A DNA stretch of 64,000 nucleotides. It comes from Ruditapes philippinarum. Taxonomy: Eukaryota. The translations under genes were made by a program, and so were the position numbers. The stretch's first letter is position 1. The number at the start of each line of letters is the position of its first letter. The notes beneath the pieces are model-generated. The model was not told the origin of the DNA. It saw nothing but the letters and a program-made list of their open reading frames with translations, and ran no database searches. Positions 1 to 13,300 of this stretch are shown here, piece after piece. The stretch covers positions 62,001-126,000 of the forward strand of contig NW_026862113.1 in the NCBI RefSeq assembly GCF_026571515.1. The letters run 5' to 3'.

Positions 1-1306
1 GATGTTACCACAGGGTCTGGAAAGCCAAACAATGGTTACAATGGAGGGGCAAGTCATGCAGCAGTCTCTGGTGGTGAAAAAACTGTCTATGGAACATCAT
101 ACAACTCATTGTATAGACCAACAAGTGCTGGTAGCAGGGGGACTTATAATGTTATAACTAAAGAAAAAACTGGAGGTATGGGAGGGGGTTGGATACATAC
201 AAAGATCGGAAACCTATTGATAAATGATGGTACCATTTCAGCAGATGGTGCAAAGGCTACATCAAATGGTGGAGGAGGTAGTGGGGGAAGTGTTCTTATT
301 GAAGTTTATGAGTTTGAAGGATATGGAAAGATTTCTGTCATAGGTGGAGCAGGCTGGAGTAGCAATGGTGCTGGATCAGGAGGAAGGGTAGCAGTTAATT
401 GTACTCTTGTAATTGAATTTGAGGGAAACTACATAATGTATGGAGGGATTGGGGCAAATGATTTACAGAGTGCAGGAGGTGGCACAGTCTATCTAGAGGA
501 TATTAGGTCATCCAGAGCATACAAGCGTCTTCTACTTGACAACCATGGTAGACCTTGGGACAAATATGCAACTATAGATGAAAGTTTTACCTACCATTAC
601 TTTGATGAAATGCATCTTGTGAATAAAGCTACAGTCCACATGGTGGAAGATAACAGGAAATCTTTACTGGAAGTTGACAAGGTGTTTGGAGATGGTACAG
701 GTTTAATTCAAGTGCATAAAAACCAGGTCTTGAAGGCGGAATACAGACCTTTGATAAGAAATGCATTCCTTACTGCAGTAAACTTCATTATTGATTATGA
801 ATCAGAAGTATTTTTCCCATCTATAATGTATGTTTATGGTGAAGGAGTCTTGATGACTGGCCAGACTGAGTCTAGGTCTTTAGCTATGTTTGGGAGACTG
901 ACTGGAATAGCAGACATGATTCTTGGGTTTGAAACCTTGCTTTATTTTGGAGATCATGCTCACACAGCAGGTATTGATGCAGATACTCAGACCTATTCAA
1001 ACATTCAGCCAGAAGGAACTGTTATATTCGGAACGCTTGATTTGAGAAGTTACTCTGAGATAAAGTATTCCCCAGATAAGACTGTGTTACAAAAGATTGC
1101 TAAAATTGATGCAAGATACCAGTCTAAAATCTCAGCAGAGAGCATTACAATAGAATGTGGTATACTGAACATAGAAGCTGGGGCTACATTGACGTCATCG
1201 GCTATATATAGACCACAGGATACATTAGATGAACAGTTGGGCAAGGGAGGAGATTCAACTGGAGGAAATGGTGCTACAGGTGGAGGCTATGCTTCAATGG
1301 GTGGAG
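1..1306 (+). CDS. Exon 1 (5' truncated): Gly-rich/beta repeat unit
   Basis: Open frame from base 1 (DVTTGSGKPNNGYNGGASHA...GGGSGGSVLIE...GSGGRVAV...). Donor G|gtaagt at 1307, phase 1. Confidence 0.9.
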
Positions 1307-4300
1307 GTAAGTGATTTAATTAGTGTTTTTTGGGTTTGTTTTTTTTAGTATTTAAATAGTGACCAGATTTATATGGTCAAAAATAATGTTTGATTGAAAC
1401 ACAAAGGGTTTTGAATGATATAAATTAACCTATATATTTGTTATATATCGTTATAATTTTTAAGGTTTTATAGATATTTACCCATATTTTCTACTTATAT
1501 TTCATGGATTTGCATAGTTGTCTTATTGCTTTAGATAGAGAATTTGTTATAATTATATTGTAAGCTTGAAGCTACTCTTCCAGTCATGTGTGTACAGATT
1601 ACAGGGCATATAAACACTATTTTTATCAATATTTAAGGGTTGTACAGCAGTGATCTGTCAGTGATAACTGGAGGAGGAAACTATTACGGCAGTCTGTACC
1701 TACCTAAACACAGAGGTAGTAAAGGTGGATCTGGAGTAAACAGTCCCAGTGGCACTGGTGGAGGTGTCATTAAACTTAAGGTACATGTCTTGTAGTCATC
1801 TTAAAGGTGAATGCCTCCGGATGGGCCAAAATATTTCTGAAAAAATTAAACTTACTACTACTTTAAGAAAAGTAAACAAACAACAATTTACATGTTATGT
1901 ACATGTACAACTAAGTATTGATTTTGGGGTCTTTATCACCATATTTCTAGTGCGTGACTAATGCAGTAATTGCTATTTTTGCTTTTTTGACCTCTTTATC
2001 GGAAATTTACATGTACATGTTTTAATTGTTAGGGCTGTTTGCAATGTGTAAATTACTTAATTTGTTCATTTTACAATGTTTTACTTTAAAATACTTTTTC
2101 AAAATTTTCATGACAATTTGCATGAATCCTGAGACATGCTGCTTTAATGTTGACTTTTTAACCCTTACCTTCCAAAATTTGTAAAATTGACATCATTTTG
2201 TTTAGACACTAAATGGAAGGGATTTTTGAAAGCCATTAGTATATTGTCTGGTCAGATTTCATGCATGTGTAGGCAAGGCTAGTGGCTTTAGTATGTCAAT
2301 ACTGTTACTGGAATCAAATAAAGAGAATGTTTATTGATAACTTCATTATGAATGACATTTTAGGTGGCTACAGACCTTCTTGTAGATGGTACAATATCAG
2401 TGGATGGCTCACATGGCAGTATAAGTGGTAAATCTGGTGGTGGTAGTGGTGGAACTATTTTCATTGAGTATGTTTACAGCTGTTTTCATATCTTAAAAGT
2501 AATTCAACCTTGTTCTTGGACTTGAGGCACTTTATCAATTTAAATGCTAGTATTCTTCTTGACTTCTCTTGGTTTCCAAGTTTAAGTGACATGTCCATTC
2601 AAGGGTACATAGTGAGTAAACAGGAAAATGTCAAAATAAGTACATTTTGCCATGTTTCCTTTTAAATATATAATTAACTTCACTGTAAATAACTCGTGTG
2701 ATCAAAGAAAATTTCAATAAATATCTATCAGCATTTACCAGTAACGTTCAGTTTATAAAAAGAGTGGGATAGTCTTTGTATATTTTATTTCAGCTGTATA
2801 ATTTATCTTTTCAATCACCATCATAGATATATATAGTCAATTCAGCTCAACTTGAGAATGAAAAAATGAGCATAATGTCACTCTTAGCAAGGATTTTTAA
2901 GTTAAAACTTTCTATTTCTTTTACTGAGAAAAACAGTGGTCTGTAAAATATAAATATATATTATAAGATAGTTGTATTCATGTTTCTTTTTCATTTAAAA
3001 ATATATATTTTTCTTGTGTCACAGGTCGATCAACCTTGAAGGTCATGGTGTCATACAATCACAGGGTGGGGATGGTTACAGTGGAGGAGCAGGGGGTAGA
3101 ATTGCAGTGTATCTTGATACACAGGTGTATTACCATGGAAAATATCAGTCTCTTGGTGGGGATGGTAATGGACAATATCTCTCACAAGGTGGACCTGGTT
3201 CTGTCTACATACAGGATACAAGGTTTGACTGTCTTAATTTTTACCTATAATTTGTGAAGCTGTATCTGTGGTTAAACACACAAGTTCTAAGACATAATTC
3301 TGCATACAGGATCAGAGATAGCCAGCACACCAGAAATTTCCAACTGCTTGAAACAAACCTACTTGAGTAATAAATTAGATAGGCTGTGAGATATTTTTGA
3401 AAGATGTTATTTTAAGATGTTATAAGTATTACATGCTTTTCAGTGAATAGTGAAAGTTATATTTTGATAATTTCACAGTGAAATTATAAAATGTTTTTCA
3501 CTTTAGCAGGACTATTATCTGAATGTGGAGCAAAAGAATATTTCTTAAAAAGGTGGAAATATTGTTAAAAATAGACTCTGATGTGCTTCATAACAAGAGG
3601 CACATAAATATCTGCAAATACGATTTTAAAACTGTTACAAAATTTGTACAATTTTACAGAATTACTTTTTAACATTTGATGATGTCATAAATGAGACCAG
3701 ATGTCGGATCATTGCTATTATAAATCAGTAATAAAAAATATTTTAAAACCCCTAAAAGACATGAAATAAGTAGAAAATTTGTTTCTTTTTTATGTAAGAT
3801 CAAATTATATTTTGCTTCTGAATGCCAGCTCTTATATTTTCGCTCATAATTATGCCATTCTTGAAAATATTACATCTGGTTTTCACTTTGTAAAATATAT
3901 AAATCTTGTATTCAAAAACAAACAAATATCCTCTACATTTTAGTTGATGAATTTAATACCTTTATAACATAATTCTACTTAGTGCCTAAGTTATAGTACA
4001 TGTGTTTATTGCTTTATTTATCTCATTGTCACATATTTTATAGTCTTTTTTAAGACAAATTTGAGATTATATATTCAACCATATGATACCATGCTAAATT
4101 TGTGAACTGGTGTTTTCAAATGTAATGTAAATGTTCTTCACTAATGTTTAGAAGATGGACCCGGATATTGAAATCAAAATGACAGAAGTCTGTGAGTAGC
4201 CAATTGTATAGTGTACTATAGTGTGTTAGGAAAACTCAATTACCTAGACTGGCTCTATACTGGTAGGCAAATCACTCTTGCTGTAGAAATTTAAAATTAA

Positions 4301-7300
4301 AGCCTGATAGCAAATACTTTTCATGAATATGTTTTTTCAACAAATTTGCAATTTTGGTAAACTTTTTAAATTAAATTTTAGATATTCTCGAAAATATGAA
4401 CAACTTCATATAGACAATAAAGGAAGGTCATGGGATCATCAGTACATACTTGATGAAATAGATAATGGCGCCTCCAAGGATAATTACTACTTTGACGAGA
4501 TTTATATAACCCGGAACGCGTCAGTTCAACTAAAATCTGGAGACAATTTACTGAGAAACCTAACATGTAACAAGATTTTCGGTGATGCTTCAGGAAGAGT
4601 TTATTTAAGGGTAAGTTATGGTTTTGGGAACAAGTCTGGGTGGGCTTACTGAGAAAATTAAGCTGTTTAGATAAATTATGAATAACAGTTTTCACAACAA
4701 CAGCCATATTAGACGATCATTAATTACAATAGTGATTGGGAATTTTGCATACTCCATTTTAGGAAAAAGTGGAAATTTTTGCATTTGGGAATGGGTCTGT
4801 AAGTTTACAAGAAATCTAAAGAAGGCGGAAAACTCTGGTCTATCATATGATTTTTTCATTGTGTACAGTTGAACTTTATTAATATTAATTAATTTATTTA
4901 TTTCAATTAATATCTTTCATGGAGAATAAATGATCACCTTAGTACAAGAACATAATAAGTCCTAAATTTAACAGCAATTAATCAGTTATTGCACTAAGAT
5001 GATGATATATCATTTCAAACAACATATTTAAAAGATATTGACTGTCAGAAATAAGGAACACTGTTATGGTATTTAGGCATTAGAATTTAAGCATTAGACT
5101 GTTCTATTGATATAAGCTGTCTTTTACAGGCCAACCAGACAGCTTTCTTAGAAGAGTACCAGACACTGACTAAACTACCAATTAACTTATGGATAGACCA
5201 AGGTGCTCGAGCGTACCTCTCACCTCTCATCTATATCCTCGGCCTCGGGGAAATAGCTCTTAAATGGAATGGAGAAATGGTCAGTGTGCGTCACATTAGG
5301 ATCATCCCTGGACGGGTCATTAATATCGAAAGACAAGCTATGACGAGTCTAATTGAGGATGGTAAATTAATAGTTGGTATACCAGGAGCATTCCAATTTG
5401 CATCTATGGAATTAGGTGCCACTGCTCTGATGGAATTGCCTCCACCCATGCCACTGTTGTTGACAGTTGGCATATTGGTAATTTTATGTTTTGTTATGAA
5501 AATTTTATTACAATTTTATTGTATTTATTATACTAAGTGGTACATTTGGTTCATTTAAGCAAAGATTTTTTTTTTATATTTTACTTGGGGGTGGGCCATT
5601 GGGGAGGGTTCTAGGGGTGTTTTACTTTTTATAATCTGAGAAAATAAATACATATTTATTTAGATATGTAACATGCCATTTCAAAACTTCTTTTTAAAAG
5701 ATAATTCCTCTTTTAAAAGATTTAAAACATATTTATTTAGATATGTAACATGCAATTTCAAAACTTCTTTTTAAAGGATAATTCCTCTTTTAAAAGATTT
5801 AAAATTGTTATTTTCTTTGTATTTGGATGTTTCAAATTAAAAAACAACAACAATAAAATGAAAAAAAAGAACAGTTGACTTAACCTTATCATTTTTAACA
5901 GGATATCAAATACGACTCGCGATTTAAGGCAGATTCCTTCCAAGTTCTAGCCACAGATTTCTACCTGGAACCTCTTGCTCAGTTTGTGTGTATAGGGACT
6001 TCACGTGAATCTCAAACTGGAGACTCACCAAACATTGGTGCTGGCGCTGGACATGCCACTGTTGGTGGTGGATGTGAGTGCCATCTTTTATTTCTTGAAC
6101 TTCCGACTTTTGCTTTAAAAACAATATATTTATAAAATGACACATTTTTTATGCGAAGCACTTTATGTTACAGCAGATGAATAATTATATACATGTGTTG
6201 CATTTAATTTATCTGTAAAAGCCAAAATTAAACAATTTTGGTCTCATTTATTAGTATTCCAACTCATTAAAGGGTTATGAGTGATGATAAGCTGCACGTT
6301 TCGGCTTATTTTTTTACAATTTCAGGCTGTCCAGCGTCCCTAAAATTCCTAAAAAATCCTAATTTTTTTCAGTTTGGCTAAAATTCCTAAAAAAATGAAA
6401 AATTCAAAGGGAATTCCTAAAAAAGCCCTATTTTTTAACTTAAATTCCTATTTTTTTTATCTTTTGTGATAAACATATCGCGAAACAACCATATTTCAAT
6501 CACAAATTCAGTCAGTGGAGTTGATGTCATGTCTGACTTAAAATGGCATAAAGTCACATGTTGTATTTACTTCAATGCCATACTTGATTAATTACCAGAT
6601 GTTATCAGAAAAATAATAACTGTTTGTTTTAAATGGAACAATGAAAATTGTCAGACTTTGACTATATCAAAATAATCACCTGTTTAAAATTGTGATAAAA
6701 ATTTTTCCAAGGAAGTTACATTTTTATTGGCTACAGAGTTTTACCATTTGCCTCAGTCTCAGGTGTATTTAAAGCAAATCTTTACATGATGAAACTACTA
6801 AATATCATCAAACTTTATGTAGGGGTCCTTACTAATAAAATCTGAATTTGTAATCAAGTTATTTTCAAGTGGTGACTGTAGAACAGATCTTTTGTAAGTG
6901 ATACCAGCTGGCAGATCTAGACAAGTTTCCATTGCTAATTATAAAGTGGGTAAGGTAAACTGGTAGTAATGATTGGATGCTTAAACCCTTTTGGTACCTA
7001 ATTAGGGTATTAAGAAGTGACACCTCCAGTTGCCCTTTTTGTACACATTAACATGTACTGAACATATGTTATAACATATAGTGTAAGTTTTTGAAAATCT
7101 GGAAAAAAAAACTGTTGAAAGTCATTGAAAAAACTGACATTGTTGTGAAATTTCTACAATTTTTAGTAGCCTGGTTTAATTGTCTTAAACAAATTCTTCA
7201 TAGGTGAATACCCTGCTGTTTGAATTTAAGTTTAAATATTCCTGGAAATGACTTGAGTGGGTCATATTGTTTTTATTGTTTTTTAAGAAAGATCAAGACT

Positions 7301-10300
7301 TGTTCCATAAAATGTATAAATGTTGATAAATAAATAGCTAAAATAAATCTAAAGCATACTTTTCCCTTTCCATTTTTTATTGGCTATTTTCCTTTATTTA
7401 CCCTAAAATTCCTAATTTTAGCCCTAATTTTTTTTAAAAATTGCCCTAAAATTTGCCCTAATTTTTTGTGAGAAGGTGCTGGACAGCCTGCAATTTATAT
7501 CATATTTCATGACAAGCTAGTTCTTTATTGTGTAATTGTTTTCAAACTCATACATTTTGAATGAAACTAAATTATGATGTACCAGTAAGCTGTTTTTAAT
7601 TAAGAATAATTTTATAATAATTGAACTTATTCAAAAAATGTTAAAAGATATTTAGTGTAACAGGGATTCTAACTCCTTAATTTATGTGATTCCATTGCCT
7701 ATGTCTATCTTTCAATATCCTATTACATTTCTTAGTTGGTGGTGATCCTACAGTTGGTGGAGTTGCATATGGATCTATATATAAACCAAGTCAGACTGGC
7801 AGTGTGGGGGGCGGAGCTAATGGTGGGCGTGGAGGAGGCAGAGTAAAAATTCGGGTACCAGCTGAATTCTTATTGGATGGTAAAATTCTAGTAGATGGAG
7901 CAAATGGTGGAACAAGCAGTGGAGGGGGAAGTGGGGCTCAATCTTCATTGAATAAGGTGTAAATTTAATTGTTATAAAATTTTTCAATTATATTTTTATG
8001 TTATAAAATTTTTATTTTCCCCGGAGATATAAATTGTCCCAAAAAATTTTTTTGACCCAATTTATATGGGTCATATACCCCTAGTCTTGAATAGTAATAC
8101 AATTTTATGTCTATTATGATTTTTTTTTTTAACCAGGGGGCATGTCAGGACATGGTAAAGTGTCATCTGTTGGTGGTAAAGGTGACCGGTCAGCAGGTGG
8201 GGGTGCTGGAGGAAGGATTGCCATCCATACCTGGGATTCAAACCTCTACAAGGGGGAGTTGCTGGCCTATGGTTCAGGTGGTACCACTGATGGTGATGTA
8301 GGGGGGCCTGGCACAGTCTTTGTAGAAGATAAGCTGGATGCTTACACATACCAGAGCAGGTTTGATGTTTAATGCTTGTCATGTTTCATACATTAACCCT
8401 TAAAGTGCTGGAACCAAAAGCATTAAGCCTTTGCCACCAGTATAGAGCCAGGCCAGCCTGCACGTCCGTGCAGTCTGACCAGGCTCTATACTGTTGGCTG
8501 ACAAACTTTAATTATTCAAATTGATATCCCTAAAATTGATAATGGACAGTCCCAAAAATGGAAGTGGGACAAGTCCATTTAAAATATTCAGCATGTTCAG
8601 GGTTAATTTTATGCTAGGATAAATACTCAGTTTAACACAATATTTGTTGAGTTTGATGTCTTTTTGTTTAGAATTTAATTGGCAAATACTGTTAGTTTTC
8701 TCACCTTCACAACATGATTTTTTGGTATTTAATGTATACTCTAACAGCAACAAAAAAGCAATTTAGAATATTAAGTGTAACATGTATATACATTTAGAAG
8801 AATATACATTTAGAAGAATTGTGAGGGTTAATTTCAATAAATGTTATTGAGAGAAGAAAGTTTTGAACTTAAATCTTTCTGACAATTTTGTATGAGAACT
8901 GTGCGATTGTTTGGTTTACTTAATATTCAACTATTTTCAACTATTTTCAAAGAAGGAAATTAGTAATTAATGTTCATATATATATATATGTAAAACAACA
9001 ACAACAAAAAGAACACTTGTATTACTATTAACTATAGATAGTTACCAAGACTTGATAAATATCATAAAAAATATTATTAGGACTTGTATGGCAAAATGAA
9101 AACATTGATACTTCCTAAATTTCTTTTTTAATAAATATACTTCTCTTCTCTATAGGCTATACATAGATGGACGAAACTTGAAGGTACCTAAACCCCTGGT
9201 GATAAATGAAATAAACCCCAGACATATTAAACAGGCAGCCGATGGTTTACAAACGTCAAACAATGCTCAACTTGACTTTGAGCATGTTATGCTCAGTCAA
9301 CGTGTAAGTTTTTAAAAAAATTATCATTCTTAGAGATTGGTACAGGTTTCAGAAATAATAAGAGAGAGATTTAAGTAATGGTGGTTATTTTTGTTACTCG
9401 AATTCATATTTAACTTTTCAGCCTGTATCTCTAGATCAGAAATTTCCTCTACACTGCATAAGTTTCTAAATAAACATGACTTGTACTGTACTGTGGTGGT
9501 AGGAGGGGGATGGTATTATGTAGTTAGCAGAAAGGACCACCAGAGAAACTGTCACTTGTTTAAACTTTTTTTCACCACCAGTTGTTATGAGAATTAATTT
9601 TTACTGGGATTGTTTCAATTGATATTCAGCAGGTCATATATAAAACATTGGTACCAGTTTGCACCCTTTACTTGACATTCTATAATAAATTGCAGATATA
9701 AGGCACTCTTTCTTTTTCTGTGGTACACTGTATATTTGGGTTGAATTGGTCATGAACAGTTACCTTCTTTTACTTTAATGTTAAATCAAATATAAGGCTA
9801 ATATTATATCAATTATATAATTGACAGATGTTAATTGCATACAGGTAATGAATTCTCATCACTTATACAGCATCGATATCAAATAAGAGGTTATTGTACA
9901 TTGTTGAGTACAAAACTGAATTTTATTGAACAACAGAACACCAACTTGTCAGTAAATCATGTAATATATGTATATAAAACCTCTTTTTCAGGCCATGTTA
10001 GAAATAGGTCCAGGAAAAGATAATATCACTACTGTGAACATTGACCTAATGATGGGAGATAGGACAGGATATTTACACATGAAAGGTGGACAAACATCAT
10101 ACCTGGAATATTCTCAATACTCTATTCTACGATCAACACCACCAGTTAACTTCCAAATAGATCAAGGGTCACAGATCTGGTTGTCTTCAGATTTCAAGGT
10201 CATTGGAAATCATGTTCCTGCCTTCCAGGTATGTATTTAAGATTAGCAAAAGCATCTTTTTGATAAATCTTCAACAAGGTTAGAAATCTGGTAAGAAGAA

Positions 10301-13300
10301 ATCAAAGGTTCATAGAAATCATTTCATAGTTATGGATGTGTAAGACTTTGATAAAGAAAAAAATCAATTTGAAATAAGAATGTCTTTAAGTAGAACTTGA
10401 ATGGCAACTTTTTGTGTCGCCTGAAAAGGTGACATATAGGGATAACTTTTGTCGGCGGTGTCGGCGTCGGTGTCGGCGACGCAGTTGTCGGCGTCGGCGT
10501 CCCCTAAAGCTTGTCCGGAGCATAACTCAGTCACTTTAAGTTGGATTGACTTCAAACTTGGTATGCATGCTTCTTTCAATAACACAAAGTGCAGTGCTTA
10601 AGGACCGGTACTCTGCACTTCTTAATTTTTGAGTTATTGCCCTTTGTAAATTTTCATACTTTAAATTTTGTCCGGCCATTTCTCTTCAACTATAAAAGCT
10701 TATGGACTTTCAAACTTCATACAATGATAGATCTCATTAAGAAGAAGTGCATTGCACAAGAATTGGATATTGCACTTCCTAATTTTTGAGTTATTTCCCT
10801 TTGTTAATTTTCATACTTTATTTTTGTCCGGGCCATTTCTACTAATGTATAAAAGCTATGGACTTGAAAACTTCATAGGATGATAGATCTCATTTAAGAA
10901 GAAGTGCAATGCACAAGAACTGTTACTCAGCATTTCTTATATTTTTAATTATTGCCCTTTGTTAATTTTCATACTTTATTTTTGTCCGGGCCATTTCTCC
11001 GAAAGTATAAAAGCTTTGGACTTGAAACTTCATAGGATGATAGATCTCATTAAGAAGAAGTGCAGTGCCAAGAACCGGTACTCTGCATTTCTTATTTTTT
11101 GAGTTATGGCCCTTTGTTAATTTTCATACTTTATTTTTGTCCAGGTCATTTCTCCTCAAGTATGAAAGCTATACACATGAAACTTCATAGGATGATAGAT
11201 CTCATTAAAAATAATTGCAATGTACAAGGACCGGTACTCTGCATTTCTTATTTTTGAGTTTTCACCCTTTATATATTTTCATACTTTATTTTTGACCAGG
11301 CCATTTCTCATAAATTATAAAAGATATGGACTTGAAACTTCATAGAATGATAGATCTTATTGATAAGAAGTGGTGCAGTGCATAGAAACTGCTGCTCTGC
11401 ACTTATTATTTTTTGAGTTATTGCCCTTTGTTAGTTTTTGTATTTCATTTTTGTCCTGGCCATTTGTCCTAAACTATATTGTTGACAAGGCGACACATCC
11501 GACTCGCGGAGTTCTAGTCTTAAATAAAAGCCAATTGTCAAAAAACTTGATGAAATGGTTTTATGGTTTTACTTGAAGTTTCATTTCTTTTTCTTCTAGC
11601 TTGATGGTTTGTTAATTGGTGTTTTAAATCTAACTCTAGAAGAGGACCGGAAAATGTACATTTCTGACTCGGCATCGAATGGAAGAATTATCAACGGGAA
11701 GCTAGAAACATTTGAAAATGGTATGTTAAAGTGTCTTTCAAAAATATGTTAAGAAGTGACAAATGTACAGAGGTATTAGATAAATTAATGAACCACAATT
11801 GCAGACTGGATGACATTACTATCATAATATAATTTTCCTGTTATTGTTGCTGCTACTTTTAAATTTTGCCTGTGCAGCTAGGCATTTTGAAATATTTCAC
11901 GGTAGGAAACTAACTGACTGGTTGCAAAAAAATGGTATTGGTTCTACTAAGGTTCCATTTATGATAGAAATGATGCTCAGAGGATCATTTTTGGGAGTTC
12001 CCTAACCAAATTTAAATCTGTATTGATAGTGTTATGTTAAAGTGACTTTAAACTCGACCAAACATAAGGATAGGTAAAGATTAAAAAATAAAGGCATTTT
12101 GTTTCAAGAAAATTTTGATTTTGTAGACTGACAAGCTATAAATTTAGGTCATTAGATTCCTTATTTTATATTTATCTATTTTAATCTTTGATCAACCAAT
12201 TTTTGAATCTGAGATGCCAAATCTTACCAGCTTGTGAGTTTATGATTATTGGCTAAAACATGTTTTTTCCAGGAGTCCTAGGCATAGGAAGACTTGCAAT
12301 GCAAGCAGACTCACTTATCAGACATGATGACTATTTCAACTTTGAGGCTTCAGATATTCACATGAGGTACAATTCTAAAATCCTCGCAAAGAGAATAACT
12401 GTTATAGCAGGCAATATTCATATGGAAGGAGAGGCCACCTTTGATACTACAGGTATATTGATTGTAATTTAATATTTTATGAGATATTTATTATATTGTG
12501 GGCCAGTTTTGTAATCTGTGTGGCTTTAAAAGTTTGAAAGGAGGTGGTCATAGAAACCAATTTGTATTGTAAACTTGGTGATATTTAGCTGGTTTCCTTT
12601 ATTCTAAATGATTAGCGAAGGGTAAATATGCATGTATATATGTAAGCTGTCAGTAGATCTACAATGATCAGCTGATAATAAATTTATCTCCATTAAAAGA
12701 AAATGCACCTAGAAAGCTGTACAGGACTTTGCAAAACAGCCATGCTATGATTATTTTCTTCATATTGTTTTGTTGAATATAAAAGAGTGGACATTCTCTG
12801 CAGCTGATTAAGATTACTAACAACAAAATAAAACACACAAAAAAGGCCAAATTAAAACTGGACATAGAATGTTAAGAACACTAAGACCAAATTCCAATTA
12901 TTTTATGCTGAAATTAAAATCTATGATTAATTAAAACATGAAGCTTTGATATTGATTTCTTATCAATTATTTGTATGCATTAAATAGAAATGTTTGATGT
13001 AACAGAATTTACCTTTTAAATGTTTGATCACTGTCACCCATGAAGTGGGATTATCTTTAAATATATGTAACAAAGTAAACACTACTCACTTGTATGAGAT
13101 ACATGTACATGCACTTGTAGGACGTGGAGGAGAAGGAACTGTAGAAAATACACAAGGAGGTGAAATCAATGTGAAGTATGCGGCCGATCTAACTACTGTA
13201 GTTAGCAGTGTGGGTCTAGGTGCTGGTCATGGCGGTTATGGTGGTGGGGCTGATCATGATAATTACAACTCTGGTATGTTACACAATATTTGATACCTAT

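Noticed and set aside
6335-7465. CCTAA motifs as an interstitial telomere
   Set aside because: They are irregularly spaced and confined to the subterminal regions of a TIR element, not a tandem (TTAGGG)n or (TTAGG)n array.
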